Assembly (NCBI GenBank): GCA_944350015.1
Contig: CALVNW010000001.1
Location: 36,761 to 100,760 of the forward strand
Source of the DNA: an uncultured Clostridia bacterium
GTDB taxonomy: Bacteria > Bacillota > Clostridia > Christensenellales > UBA1242
Length of the DNA: 64,000 nt
Reading direction: 5' to 3'
In this document: in pieces, positions 55,834 through 64,000 of the stretch
How the letters are laid out: every line of letters starts with the position of its first letter
Position numbering within the stretch: the first letter of the stretch is position 1
The notes under the pieces: model-generated
What the model was told of the DNA's origin: nothing
What the model saw: only the letters and a program-made list of their open reading frames with translations
The model's database searches: none
Translations under genes and position numbers: made by a program

Positions 55834-56308
55834 TTTATTCTCCTTTGTAGCAATTTTAACATAATTTAATTTTAAGGTCAAACAATTTATAAAATGAAAT
55901 TAATTTGATAAAAATTCATTAAAAAATAGGTTATTTTTTAAAATTCAATCAAAATTATCAAAAATAAATAATATAAAAACTAATTTTTAAATGCTAAAAA
56001 TATCATCAACAAAAGAGGGCGAAATCTCTCGCTCTATATGGATTTGCCCGCTTTCTATCTCGCCACTACATTCAATTGCAAGTGAAGTGGCAAGCCAAAT
56101 CAGCAGTGCAAATATGATTAGGCAAACGGCAAAGATGATATTATTTTTCATAAAATAAATTTTATCATTTTAATTTTGACAAACAAAATATATTTTTTTT
56201 ATATTTTGTTATATTTTTGTATATTTTGTTGTATTACAAGTAGCTAAATATAGAAACACTTATTTATAAGCAAAAATTAAAGATAAAGACTGCATTCTTT
56301 TTGTTTTG

Positions 56309-56337
56309 TTGACTTAAATTGCAAATTGTGGTATATT
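56309..56337 (+). promoter_or_regulatory. metG promoter
   Basis: TTGACT (56309-56314), a 17-nt spacer, then TATATT (56332-56337). The leader is short and carries SD ggagg. Confidence 0.55.
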
Positions 56338-56362
56338 ACTTTGTAATAATGGAGGCATTTTA

Positions 56363-57943
56363 ATGAAAGAGAAATTTTATATCACAACACCAATTTATTA
56401 TCCAAGCAACAAATTGACAATAGGTAATGCCTATACCAATATAATTTGCGATGCAATTGCTAGATGGAATAGAGCACAAGGTAAAGATGTTTTTTATCTT
56501 ACTGGAACCGATGAACACGGGCAAAAAATCAGCCAGTCAGCTCAAGCGGTAGGGAAGAGCGAAAAAGAATACCTTGACAAGATGATTGAGGACACCAAGA
56601 GTTTATGGGAACTTCTTGATATAAGTTATGATAAGTTTATAAGAACGACCGACCCATATCACGAAAAAGCCGTGCAAAAGATTTTCACAGACCTATATAA
56701 TAAAGGATATATCTATAAGGGTAGTTATAAAGGTTGGTACTGCACACCTTGCGAGTCTTTTTGGACAGAGAGTCAGCTTAAAGATGGCAAGTGTCCAGAC
56801 TGCGGGAGAGAGGTTAAGTTTCAAGAGGAAGAGGCATACTTTTTTAAACTTTCACAGTTTGGCGACAAATTGTTGAAATTATATGAGACTCACCCTGAAT
56901 TTTTGCAACCAAAGTCAAGAGTTAACGAGATGGTAAACAACTTTATTAAGCCAGGGCTTAGCGACCTTTGTGTTTCAAGAACATCTGTAAAGTGGGGGGT
57001 GCCTGTTGAGTTTGACCCAAAACATACCATCTACGTATGGATTGACGCTCTACCAAACTACATAACCGCGCTCGGCTATGGCAGTGAGGATGACAGCCTA
57101 TTTAAAAAGTTTTGGCCAGCAGACGTTCATATGATAGGAAAAGAGATTGTAAGATTTCACTCTATCATCTGGCCTGCCATCTTGATGGCGCTTGGACTTG
57201 AGCTTCCAAAAACAGTGTTTGGTCACGGCTGGCTACTCTTTGGCGGAGATAAACTTTCTAAGAGCAAAGAGACAGGCTCCTCTGAATGTGTTGACCCAAG
57301 AGTACTAGTTCCTGCATATTCTGCTGACGCTGTAAGATATTATCTATATCGCGAAATACCTTTTGGAAGTGATGGGAATTATTCAACTGAATCATTTTTG
57401 ACACGCTTTAATGCAGATTTATCAAATAATTATGGCAATTTAGTGTCAAGAACCTTTAGTATGGTTAAAAAATATTTTAACTCTGCAATTCCACATCTCT
57501 ATGAGCTTACCGAAGATGACAAGAACTTAAAGGCTACTGTAGATAATGAAGTTAAAAATGCTTTTGACCATATGGCAAAATATGATGTTACGCGTGCGAC
57601 AACTTCAATTTTCAATATTTTCACTGAGGCGAACACATATATTCAAAAGGTTCAGCCTTGGGCTGTAGCTAAAGAGGGTGATAGCGAAAGACTTTGCACA
57701 ATTTTAAGGGTTTTGCTTGAGACAATAAGGATAGGTAGTCTGCTTTTTGAACCTTTTGCACCAAACGCACCTAAGAAAGTTTTGACCGCTCTTGGCGTAG
57801 AAAGTGGAAAGTTTGCAAACCTTGATAATTTTGACGGACTAGAAGAAGGAAGAATTTTAGAAAGTGTCGACATCCTTTTCCCTCGTCTTGACATTAAGGC
57901 AGAACTTGAAAAGCTTGCATTAATCAATAAAAATAAACAATAA
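56363..57943 (+). CDS. metG: Methionine--tRNA ligase (short form)
   Basis: 526 aa. It has the class-I HIGH-type region (PIYYPSNKLTIGNAYT), a zinc knuckle (CTPCESF...CPDCG) and KMSKS as KLSKS. Confidence 0.93.
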   Translation: MKEKFYITTPIYYPSNKLTIGNAYTNIICDAIARWNRAQGKDVFYLTGTDEHGQKISQSAQAVGKSEKEYLDKMIEDTKSLWELLDISYDKFIRTTDPYHEKAVQKIFTDLYNKGYIYKGSYKGWYCTPCESFWTESQLKDGKCPDCGREVKFQEEEAYFFKLSQFGDKLLKLYETHPEFLQPKSRVNEMVNNFIKPGLSDLCVSRTSVKWGVPVEFDPKHTIYVWIDALPNYITALGYGSEDDSLFKKFWPADVHMIGKEIVRFHSIIWPAILMALGLELPKTVFGHGWLLFGGDKLSKSKETGSSECVDPRVLVPAYSADAVRYYLYREIPFGSDGNYSTESFLTRFNADLSNNYGNLVSRTFSMVKKYFNSAIPHLYELTEDDKNLKATVDNEVKNAFDHMAKYDVTRATTSIFNIFTEANTYIQKVQPWAVAKEGDSERLCTILRVLLETIRIGSLLFEPFAPNAPKKVLTALGVESGKFANLDNFDGLEEGRILESVDILFPRLDIKAELEKLALINKNKQ

Positions 57944-58028
57944 ATTGGTTGAAAATAAATAAAAAACTTAAAAAAATAATAAAAACTTGCAAATTTGTTA
58001 AAAATATTAAAGATAAAAGGAGATAATT

Positions 58029-60563
58029 ATGAGCGCTTCAACAGTAGGCTGGCTAGTATCGATATTTTTCATATTTGTACTTATAATATGCTTTTTTGTA
58101 GGCTTTTGGCGAGGCTTGCGAAGGTCAACAGCAAACCTTGTATTTTCTGTGATAGGCGCGCTAGTTGCATTTTTTGTGACGCCGTCAATTGCAGGAGCAG
58201 TGCTTGGCATTCGGGTAAACTTGGATGGTGAAAACCTAACGCTGAGCGATTATATAATAAATTCCTTGACAGAAAATGAGGATATATCTGTTATAATGGA
58301 CAGAAATCCAAATTTAGCAACCTTGATCGAAGGTTTGCCTAATGCCCTTGTAAGTACTGTCATATTTTTGCTTGTGACGCTTGCAATTGAACTTGTCATC
58401 TATATCATATATAGAATAGTTGCTTGCTTTACCTTCAAAACACCGCTAGGCGCTAGCAAACATAGAGTTTGGGGTGGCGCTGTAGGACTTGCAAAAGGTT
58501 TCATTTTGACTCTTTTTGCCTTTATGCCACTTGCTGGACTTATTGGCACTTATGATACTTTGAAAAATTCGCAAGCAAACTATCTTCTTCCAACGGCGCA
58601 GATTGAAAGTAATGCCTCATTACTTGACAAGGTGCCAGAGGAGATTGACGAGATTATGACTGGACTTCAAGATAATGCTCTTGTTTGGATGTGTGGGGTG
58701 TTCGGCTTAGATAACGCCACGTTTGACTACCTTTCAAAGGTTGATGTTGAAGGCGAAAATGTCTATATCAGACAAGAGGTTGTAAACATCTATCCTCTTG
58801 CAAACTTTAGTTACCAACTTGCAAATAGCGAGAATGTAAGTATTGATTTTGTTGACATAAATTATGACGAGTTTGAAAAGGTGCTTGATAAGTTCGTTGA
58901 GGGCGGACTTTACAAGAGTATATTTGTCAATTTTGCAAGTGACCTAGTTTTAAATTATCAAGAGTATCCTTTTATAGGCGAAAGTCAAGATTTAGGAGAA
59001 TACGAGGACATAATAAAAGAAATTCAAGCAACGCTTGCCGAGTATAGTCAAAGTAGCGCTATGCTTGAAAGATACTTTACAAATGATATAAAAAATATTT
59101 TTAACACTGTAAAAGTTCTAGGCTCAAACGGAACACTTGATGAAGCTATTAGCAAGACCGATGCAGAGAGTGTGATAAATGTTTTATTTACAGAAGATAA
59201 AATTGCAGACACCGAACTTGCCTTAAATTACCTACTTGATATGAACTCTGTCCGTGACGCTATAGTGCCACTTGCTAATATGGCAGTAGAGCAGATATCA
59301 ACTGATTTAGACCAAGTTGGCGCAGATAGTAGCACTTGGGGAGAGCAAGATTGGGATGACCTCGCCTCGTCTATTATAAACATAGCTAATGACTACATAG
59401 AACTTAGCGACATAATAGATATTGAAGAGGTTGTAGAGACCCCAGAAATTCTTGTTCAAGATACTAGCTATGATATAGCAAAAATTACGTCACTTCTTGG
59501 CAACTTGGTCGATGAGGCAAGAGGGGTAAAACTTCTTCAAACTTTAGATGGCACATCAATCCTTGATAGCTTCTTATCAGAGAACGGTATTGCTCTTCCA
59601 GACGAAAATGTAAAATATATTGACGGCTCTGGTCTTGTTCAAGAAACTAGCATAACAAATTACAGTCAACTTCTTGAATTTGTAACGCCAGCTCTTGTAA
59701 CAATACAAGAAAATGACCTTTATAGTATTTTAAATGACACAGCTGATGCAACAGTGCTTATGACAAGTCTTGCAGATATACTATCACAAGAGGGCAAGGA
59801 GGACATCTTGCTTGATATAGTACTACCTCTTTCTCAAGTAGAGCCAACCAAGACCTTTGTTGTTGAAGATTTAATAAAGACAATAGATAACAACTTTGTA
59901 AACTTTGCAAGCCTTAACAGTTTTGAAGATTGGCAAAGCGACCTTACCTATGTTTCCGAACTTTTAATCACTATGAATAGCAATTTGATTGGCGATACAA
60001 CTTACCTAGAATATGCAATTAATGGTGACCTTGATAGCATTCTTAGCGATGTCACGGATAGCGAACTTGAAAGCATTCTTCTTCCTGTTCTCTACGCAAA
60101 ATCAACACAAGGCCTACGAGATGATATCTTTGCTGTTCTTACCGATGTTGCCGACAGCTTGACTTCTTCGTTAAACACCATTGATTTGACAAATGTTACT
60201 TTGGTGGAAGGCTCAAGCGAGGACCAAGCACAAGAGATTTGCGATATATTTGCAAGTTTCTTATCTATCAACGATGAGTTTAGCTCTGGTATGAGTTTGC
60301 GCGATCTAAATAAAGACAATCTTGCATCCTTCTTTACAAGTGTTCAAGAAAACGCATACAGAACGACATTATTTGGCAAGACCGAAGAAGGCGTGTTTAA
60401 TGGCGTGTTTGTAAATCTTGTTAACAGCTTAAAGAGCGCATATCAAAGCGAGATAGAGCAGTCTACCACTCTTCAAGAGATGTTAAGCGAAGATAATTAT
60501 CCAAATATTGACTTTGTTCAAGTATTTGAGCTTCTTTCAAGTTTAGAGGAAAGTATAGGCTAA
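58029..60563 (+). CDS. CvpA-domain membrane protein with a long acidic C-terminal extension (844 aa)
   Basis: SD aaaggag. The N-terminal multi-TM region has the CvpA-like signature (ICFFVGFWRGLRRSTANLVFSVIGALVAFFV). About 650 aa of D/E/L-rich, helix-rich sequence follow. The stop lies 1 nt before rsmH. Confidence 0.65.
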   Translation: MSASTVGWLVSIFFIFVLIICFFVGFWRGLRRSTANLVFSVIGALVAFFVTPSIAGAVLGIRVNLDGENLTLSDYIINSLTENEDISVIMDRNPNLATLIEGLPNALVSTVIFLLVTLAIELVIYIIYRIVACFTFKTPLGASKHRVWGGAVGLAKGFILTLFAFMPLAGLIGTYDTLKNSQANYLLPTAQIESNASLLDKVPEEIDEIMTGLQDNALVWMCGVFGLDNATFDYLSKVDVEGENVYIRQEVVNIYPLANFSYQLANSENVSIDFVDINYDEFEKVLDKFVEGGLYKSIFVNFASDLVLNYQEYPFIGESQDLGEYEDIIKEIQATLAEYSQSSAMLERYFTNDIKNIFNTVKVLGSNGTLDEAISKTDAESVINVLFTEDKIADTELALNYLLDMNSVRDAIVPLANMAVEQISTDLDQVGADSSTWGEQDWDDLASSIINIANDYIELSDIIDIEEVVETPEILVQDTSYDIAKITSLLGNLVDEARGVKLLQTLDGTSILDSFLSENGIALPDENVKYIDGSGLVQETSITNYSQLLEFVTPALVTIQENDLYSILNDTADATVLMTSLADILSQEGKEDILLDIVLPLSQVEPTKTFVVEDLIKTIDNNFVNFASLNSFEDWQSDLTYVSELLITMNSNLIGDTTYLEYAINGDLDSILSDVTDSELESILLPVLYAKSTQGLRDDIFAVLTDVADSLTSSLNTIDLTNVTLVEGSSEDQAQEICDIFASFLSINDEFSSGMSLRDLNKDNLASFFTSVQENAYRTTLFGKTEEGVFNGVFVNLVNSLKSAYQSEIEQSTTLQEMLSEDNYPNIDFVQVFELLSSLEESIG

Positions 60564-60564
60564 T

Positions 60565-61500
60565 ATGGAAGAATTTAAACATATACCCGTGCTATTAAAT
60601 GAAGTGATAGACGGGCTAAAGATAAAAAAAGATGGCATCTATATTGACTGTACAATAGGTGGCGGTGGACACTCCGAGCAAATTCTCAAAAGGCTGTCAA
60701 GCAAAGGGCATCTTTATGGCATTGATAAGGATGAAGATGCTCTGCTTGCTTGCAAGGAGAGGCTTAAGGGCTATAAAAATCTTATATTAATTCATTCAGA
60801 TTATAAGGATGCTCACGAGATATTGCTTGAAAAGGGCGTAGAGAGCTTTGACGGGCTTTTGATAGACCTTGGCGTAAGCTCCTATCAACTTGACACAGCA
60901 GGGCGAGGGTTTAGTTTCTTGCGAGAAGGTCATCTTGATATGCGAATGGACAAAAGCCAAGGGATAGATGCCTACTTTGTTGTCAACAATTATCCAAGAG
61001 AAAAATTGCTTGAGATATTATATAAATATGGCGAAGAGGCAAACGCCAAGAGAATTGTTGACAATATCATAAAACAAAGAGAAATAAAACCAATAGAGAC
61101 CACCATAGAACTTAAAGATATAATAGAAGCAAGTTTTCCTAAAAAGGTCATATATGGCAAGGGCGGAGTTTCAAAAAAGACCTTTCAGGCGATAAGAATA
61201 GAGGTCAATGGTGAGCTTATCGGACTTGAAGAGGCGATAGAGAAATATATAAAGATGTTAAAACCGGGCGGAAGAATGGCAATAATCACCTTTCATAGTT
61301 TAGAGGATAGGATTGTAAAAAATGTCTTTAAGCGTGAGGCGACCGATTGCATCTGCCCACCTAAAACACCAGTTTGCATATGCGGGCATAAAAAGACGAT
61401 AAATCTTGTCAATAAAAAGCCAATCACTGCAAGTGAGAGTGAGCTTAGCTTGAATCCACGCTCAAGTAGCGCTAAACTTAGAATTATAGAAAAGCTTTAA
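60565..61500 (+). CDS. rsmH: 16S rRNA (cytosine1402-N4)-methyltransferase
   Basis: 311 aa. Motifs are HIPVLLNEVIDGL, DCTIGGGGHSE, DLGVSSYQLD and FHSLEDRIVK. Confidence 0.95.
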   Translation: MEEFKHIPVLLNEVIDGLKIKKDGIYIDCTIGGGGHSEQILKRLSSKGHLYGIDKDEDALLACKERLKGYKNLILIHSDYKDAHEILLEKGVESFDGLLIDLGVSSYQLDTAGRGFSFLREGHLDMRMDKSQGIDAYFVVNNYPREKLLEILYKYGEEANAKRIVDNIIKQREIKPIETTIELKDIIEASFPKKVIYGKGGVSKKTFQAIRIEVNGELIGLEEAIEKYIKMLKPGGRMAIITFHSLEDRIVKNVFKREATDCICPPKTPVCICGHKKTINLVNKKPITASESELSLNPRSSSAKLRIIEKL

Positions 61501-61539
61501 CCTGTTAAGGTAATATAAAGGGAAGGGGGTAAATATAAT

Positions 61540-62190
61540 ATGAAAGAGAAGACTTTGCTTGCTGAAATAGATGAAGAGCAAAAAAAGAAGATTGAAGAAA
61601 GTTTTTTAGAGCATAAAAACAAAAATATAAGCAAAGAAAGCCCTAAAAAGCAATTCCAAGAGATAAAAAAGTCTAAAGAATACACAATCAACCCTTTTTC
61701 ATCCTCGGCATTTAAGGATAGCCAAGTTGAGACAAAACCTCAGCCAGTACAAGAGGAGCTGTCAGCAAAAAGTTCTTCAGTTATTGAAAGTCCAAATTAT
61801 GATCTTATAGAAACCCTATCTCCAGAACAGAGAGAGAAGATATTTAAGATTGAAGAAGAGAAGGAAGAGGTGAAGGCTAAACCCAAAACAAACAAATTTA
61901 AAATAATAATGTTTTCAATACTTTTTGCCATATTTGGAGTTTGGGGGATAGTCAATATTGCAACTCTTGACAACATTTCCTCTCAAATAAGCGATATATC
62001 TTATGAATACAATATGAATTTGCTTCAATACCTTAACAATCTTCACAACCTTGACATTACAAATTCAGAGAATATGCAAAACTTATTTGAGACCATACCA
62101 AAAGAGGACTTGCCTGCCACTTCGATAGGTGAGCAGTCCAATTGGTTTGACCGCTTCTGTAATTTCATATCAGGACTATTTGGAGGATAG
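61540..62190 (+). CDS. FtsL-position bitopic membrane protein (216 aa)
   Basis: It sits between rsmH and the PBP gene, as ftsL does in dcw clusters. It has a long K/E-rich N-terminus, a single TM helix (IIMFSILFAIFGVWGIVNIA) and a short extracellular tail. Confidence 0.55.
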   Translation: MKEKTLLAEIDEEQKKKIEESFLEHKNKNISKESPKKQFQEIKKSKEYTINPFSSSAFKDSQVETKPQPVQEELSAKSSSVIESPNYDLIETLSPEQREKIFKIEEEKEEVKAKPKTNKFKIIMFSILFAIFGVWGIVNIATLDNISSQISDISYEYNMNLLQYLNNLHNLDITNSENMQNLFETIPKEDLPATSIGEQSNWFDRFCNFISGLFGG

Positions 62191-62192
62191 TC

Positions 62193-64000
62193 TTGCAAAA
62201 ATCATTTACATTATTTTCATTAAAGAAAAGGATATTAGCAGTGCTTCTGGTAATATCCTTTATTTTTTGTTCGCTAGTTGTACGACTATTTGTTATACAG
62301 ATTATAAATGGTGGCTCACTGCAACTTCGCGCCACTGACCAGTGGACAAGGGACCTTTCTATCATCGCGCCAAGAGGCACAATCTATGATAGGACTGGCT
62401 CGTCACTTGCCGTAAGCTATACAACCTATAATGTATACGTCAGAGCAAGAGAGGTCACATCTCCCTCAAAGGTTGCCTCCGTGCTTTCAAGCGAACTTGA
62501 GCTTGATTTTTCATCGGTATACGAAAAAATAACCAACAGAAAGGTCAGTGAAGTGCTAATTAAGATGCAAGTTGACGGCGAGCAAGCCGAGAACATCTAC
62601 AATCATAGACTAGATGGCGTCTACCTTGCCGAAAATAGTGATAGATACTATCCAAACGGCAACCTTATGACGCAGGTTTTAGGCTTTATAAGCATTGATA
62701 ATGTAGGACAGACCGGTATCGAGGCATATTACAATGACTACCTTAAGGGCAAGGACGGCTATAGCTATGTCCAAAGTGACCTGCAAGGCAAGGAAATTGG
62801 CGGAAGCCTTCGCTACTATATTCCAGCTGAGGTTGGAAGTGATTTGGTTTTGACGCTAGATAGTAAAATGCAACTTATTTTAGAGCAGGCGCTTGAACAG
62901 ATTATGACCGAACAAAAGGCCAAAGCAACCGCAGGTATGATTATGAATGCAAAGACTGGCGAAATCTTGGCGCTTTCAAACAAGCCAAGCTTTGACCTTA
63001 ATGATGTTCCGCGTGATGACTTGACAGCGCTCTTTGACAACAGCAAAGTCAAGATTGTAACAGATGTTTACGAACCAGGTTCAACCTTCAAGATTTTAAC
63101 AGTAGCGGGAGCGCTTGAAGAAGGCTTAACCTCGCTTGATGACACCTTTTATTGCCCTGGATATCGAATTATTGACGGCGAGAGGATAAAATGCTGGAAA
63201 ACTATCGGGCACGGACAACAAACACTGGTTGAGGCATTTTCAAATTCTTGCAACTGCTGTTTTATGGATTTGGCACTCAGACTTGGCGTAGATAAATTCT
63301 ATGAGTATATGCAAAAGTTTGGACTTGGTAGTAAAACTGGAGTTGACATAGCAGGCGAAGGAAGCGGAATCTTGATGGCAAAATCACAGGTAAGGACTGT
63401 TGACCTTGCACGTATTGGCTTTGGTCACGCGGTCGCGCTTACTCCTATGCAACTTTTGTCGGCAGTTGCTTCAATTGTCAATGGCGGAACCTACAATGTG
63501 CCAAGAGTGCTTGGCGAGGTCATAGCAAGCAGTGGCGAGAGAACAGAGGTACAAGGTAAAGTCAAAGAAAAGGGTATAATAAGCGCGCAGACCTCAGCAC
63601 AAGTAAACCTTTTACTTGAGAAGGCTGAGAACAAAACAGGAAATTACACCTTTGTTGAAGGGTATAATGTCGGAGGCAAAACAGGTACAGCGCAAAAGTA
63701 TAGCGAAAGTGGTGGCATCGCGCAAGGCAAGTATATCTCAAGTTTTATAGGCACCTATCCAGCTGACGACCCGCAGTATTTGGTCTTTATTATGGTGGAT
63801 GAGCCAAGCGCTGGCGCCTATTATGGTAGCATTGTTGCCGCGCCTTATGGGAAAATTGTATTTTCTAATCTATTTGAATACCTTGGCGAGAAAAAACAAG
63901 ACGAAAGTGTGACTATAAATTATGTTGAGATGCCTAGCCTTGTTGGAGATAGCCTTGCAGACGCAGGTTCAAAACTTAAAGCGCTAAACTTATGCTATGA
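62193..64000 (+). CDS. Class B penicillin-binding protein (FtsI/PBP2B-type), 3' end outside the window
   Basis: TTG at 62193 lies 4 nt after ggagga, and the frame stays open to the window end. N-terminal TM helix, dimerisation domain (RGTIYDRTGSSLA), then transpeptidase motifs STFK (EPGSTFKIL), SNS (FSNSCN) and KTGT (GGKTGTAQ). Confidence 0.88.
   Translation, partial: MQKSFTLFSLKKRILAVLLVISFIFCSLVVRLFVIQIINGGSLQLRATDQWTRDLSIIAPRGTIYDRTGSSLAVSYTTYNVYVRAREVTSPSKVASVLSSELELDFSSVYEKITNRKVSEVLIKMQVDGEQAENIYNHRLDGVYLAENSDRYYPNGNLMTQVLGFISIDNVGQTGIEAYYNDYLKGKDGYSYVQSDLQGKEIGGSLRYYIPAEVGSDLVLTLDSKMQLILEQALEQIMTEQKAKATAGMIMNAKTGEILALSNKPSFDLNDVPRDDLTALFDNSKVKIVTDVYEPGSTFKILTVAGALEEGLTSLDDTFYCPGYRIIDGERIKCWKTIGHGQQTLVEAFSNSCNCCFMDLALRLGVDKFYEYMQKFGLGSKTGVDIAGEGSGILMAKSQVRTVDLARIGFGHAVALTPMQLLSAVASIVNGGTYNVPRVLGEVIASSGERTEVQGKVKEKGIISAQTSAQVNLLLEKAENKTGNYTFVEGYNVGGKTGTAQKYSESGGIAQGKYISSFIGTYPADDPQYLVFIMVDEPSAGAYYGSIVAAPYGKIVFSNLFEYLGEKKQDESVTINYVEMPSLVGDSLADAGSKLKALNLCY

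Noticed and set aside
55987-56151. 54-aa minus-strand ORF (MKNNIIFAVCLIIFALLIWLATSLA...) upstream of metG.
   Set aside because: It has a plausible signal/TM segment but no SD or recognisable promoter. The evidence is too weak to annotate.
55882-56362. A T-box or other riboswitch leader upstream of metG.
   Set aside because: The best promoter (56309-56337) leaves a leader of only about 20 nt. I see no specifier-loop, T-box sequence or terminator/antiterminator pair.

Overview
This is a low-GC, Bacillota-like chromosomal segment read with the standard genetic code. The housekeeping backbone runs whiA (partial), dnaE, pfkA, a six-tRNA cluster, gpmI, a TtcA-like PP-loop protein, radC, uvrB, uvrA, a YycJ-like MBL hydrolase, a flavin reductase-rubredoxin fusion, metG, and rsmH / FtsL-like / PBP2B (partial). 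Three accessory regions stand out. (1) A 14.3-kb element is integrated into tRNA-Lys(TTT) at 6152..20418 and bounded by 145-bp direct repeats. It carries a tyrosine integrase, a cI-like repressor and switch region, an HTH replication initiator, small hydrophobic proteins, three large membrane-anchored proteins (one with BspA-type LRRs), two lysine-rich proteins and a Zot/pI-like P-loop ATPase. I can recognise no terminase, portal, capsid, tail or lysis genes. I read it as a capsid-less prophage candidate, filamentous inovirus-like or plasmavirus-like. (2) A single 19.8-kb ORF (24389..44224) encodes a roughly 6,600-aa lipoprotein packed with GLUG-type repeats. It contains an AT-rich non-GLUG insert module and a C-terminal region of short collagen-like Gly-X-Y runs. 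(3) Immediately downstream is a small module of two paralogous membrane-tethered wHTH-like proteins flanking a secreted 171-aa protein. That protein's promoter has a G8 homopolymer in the -35/-10 spacer and overlaps a 40-bp palindrome, which makes it a candidate phase-variable switch. A 152-nt inverted-repeat-bounded structured insert also splits a duplicated terminator between the MBL gene and gpmI. All functional calls come from motif reading by eye. No database search was run.
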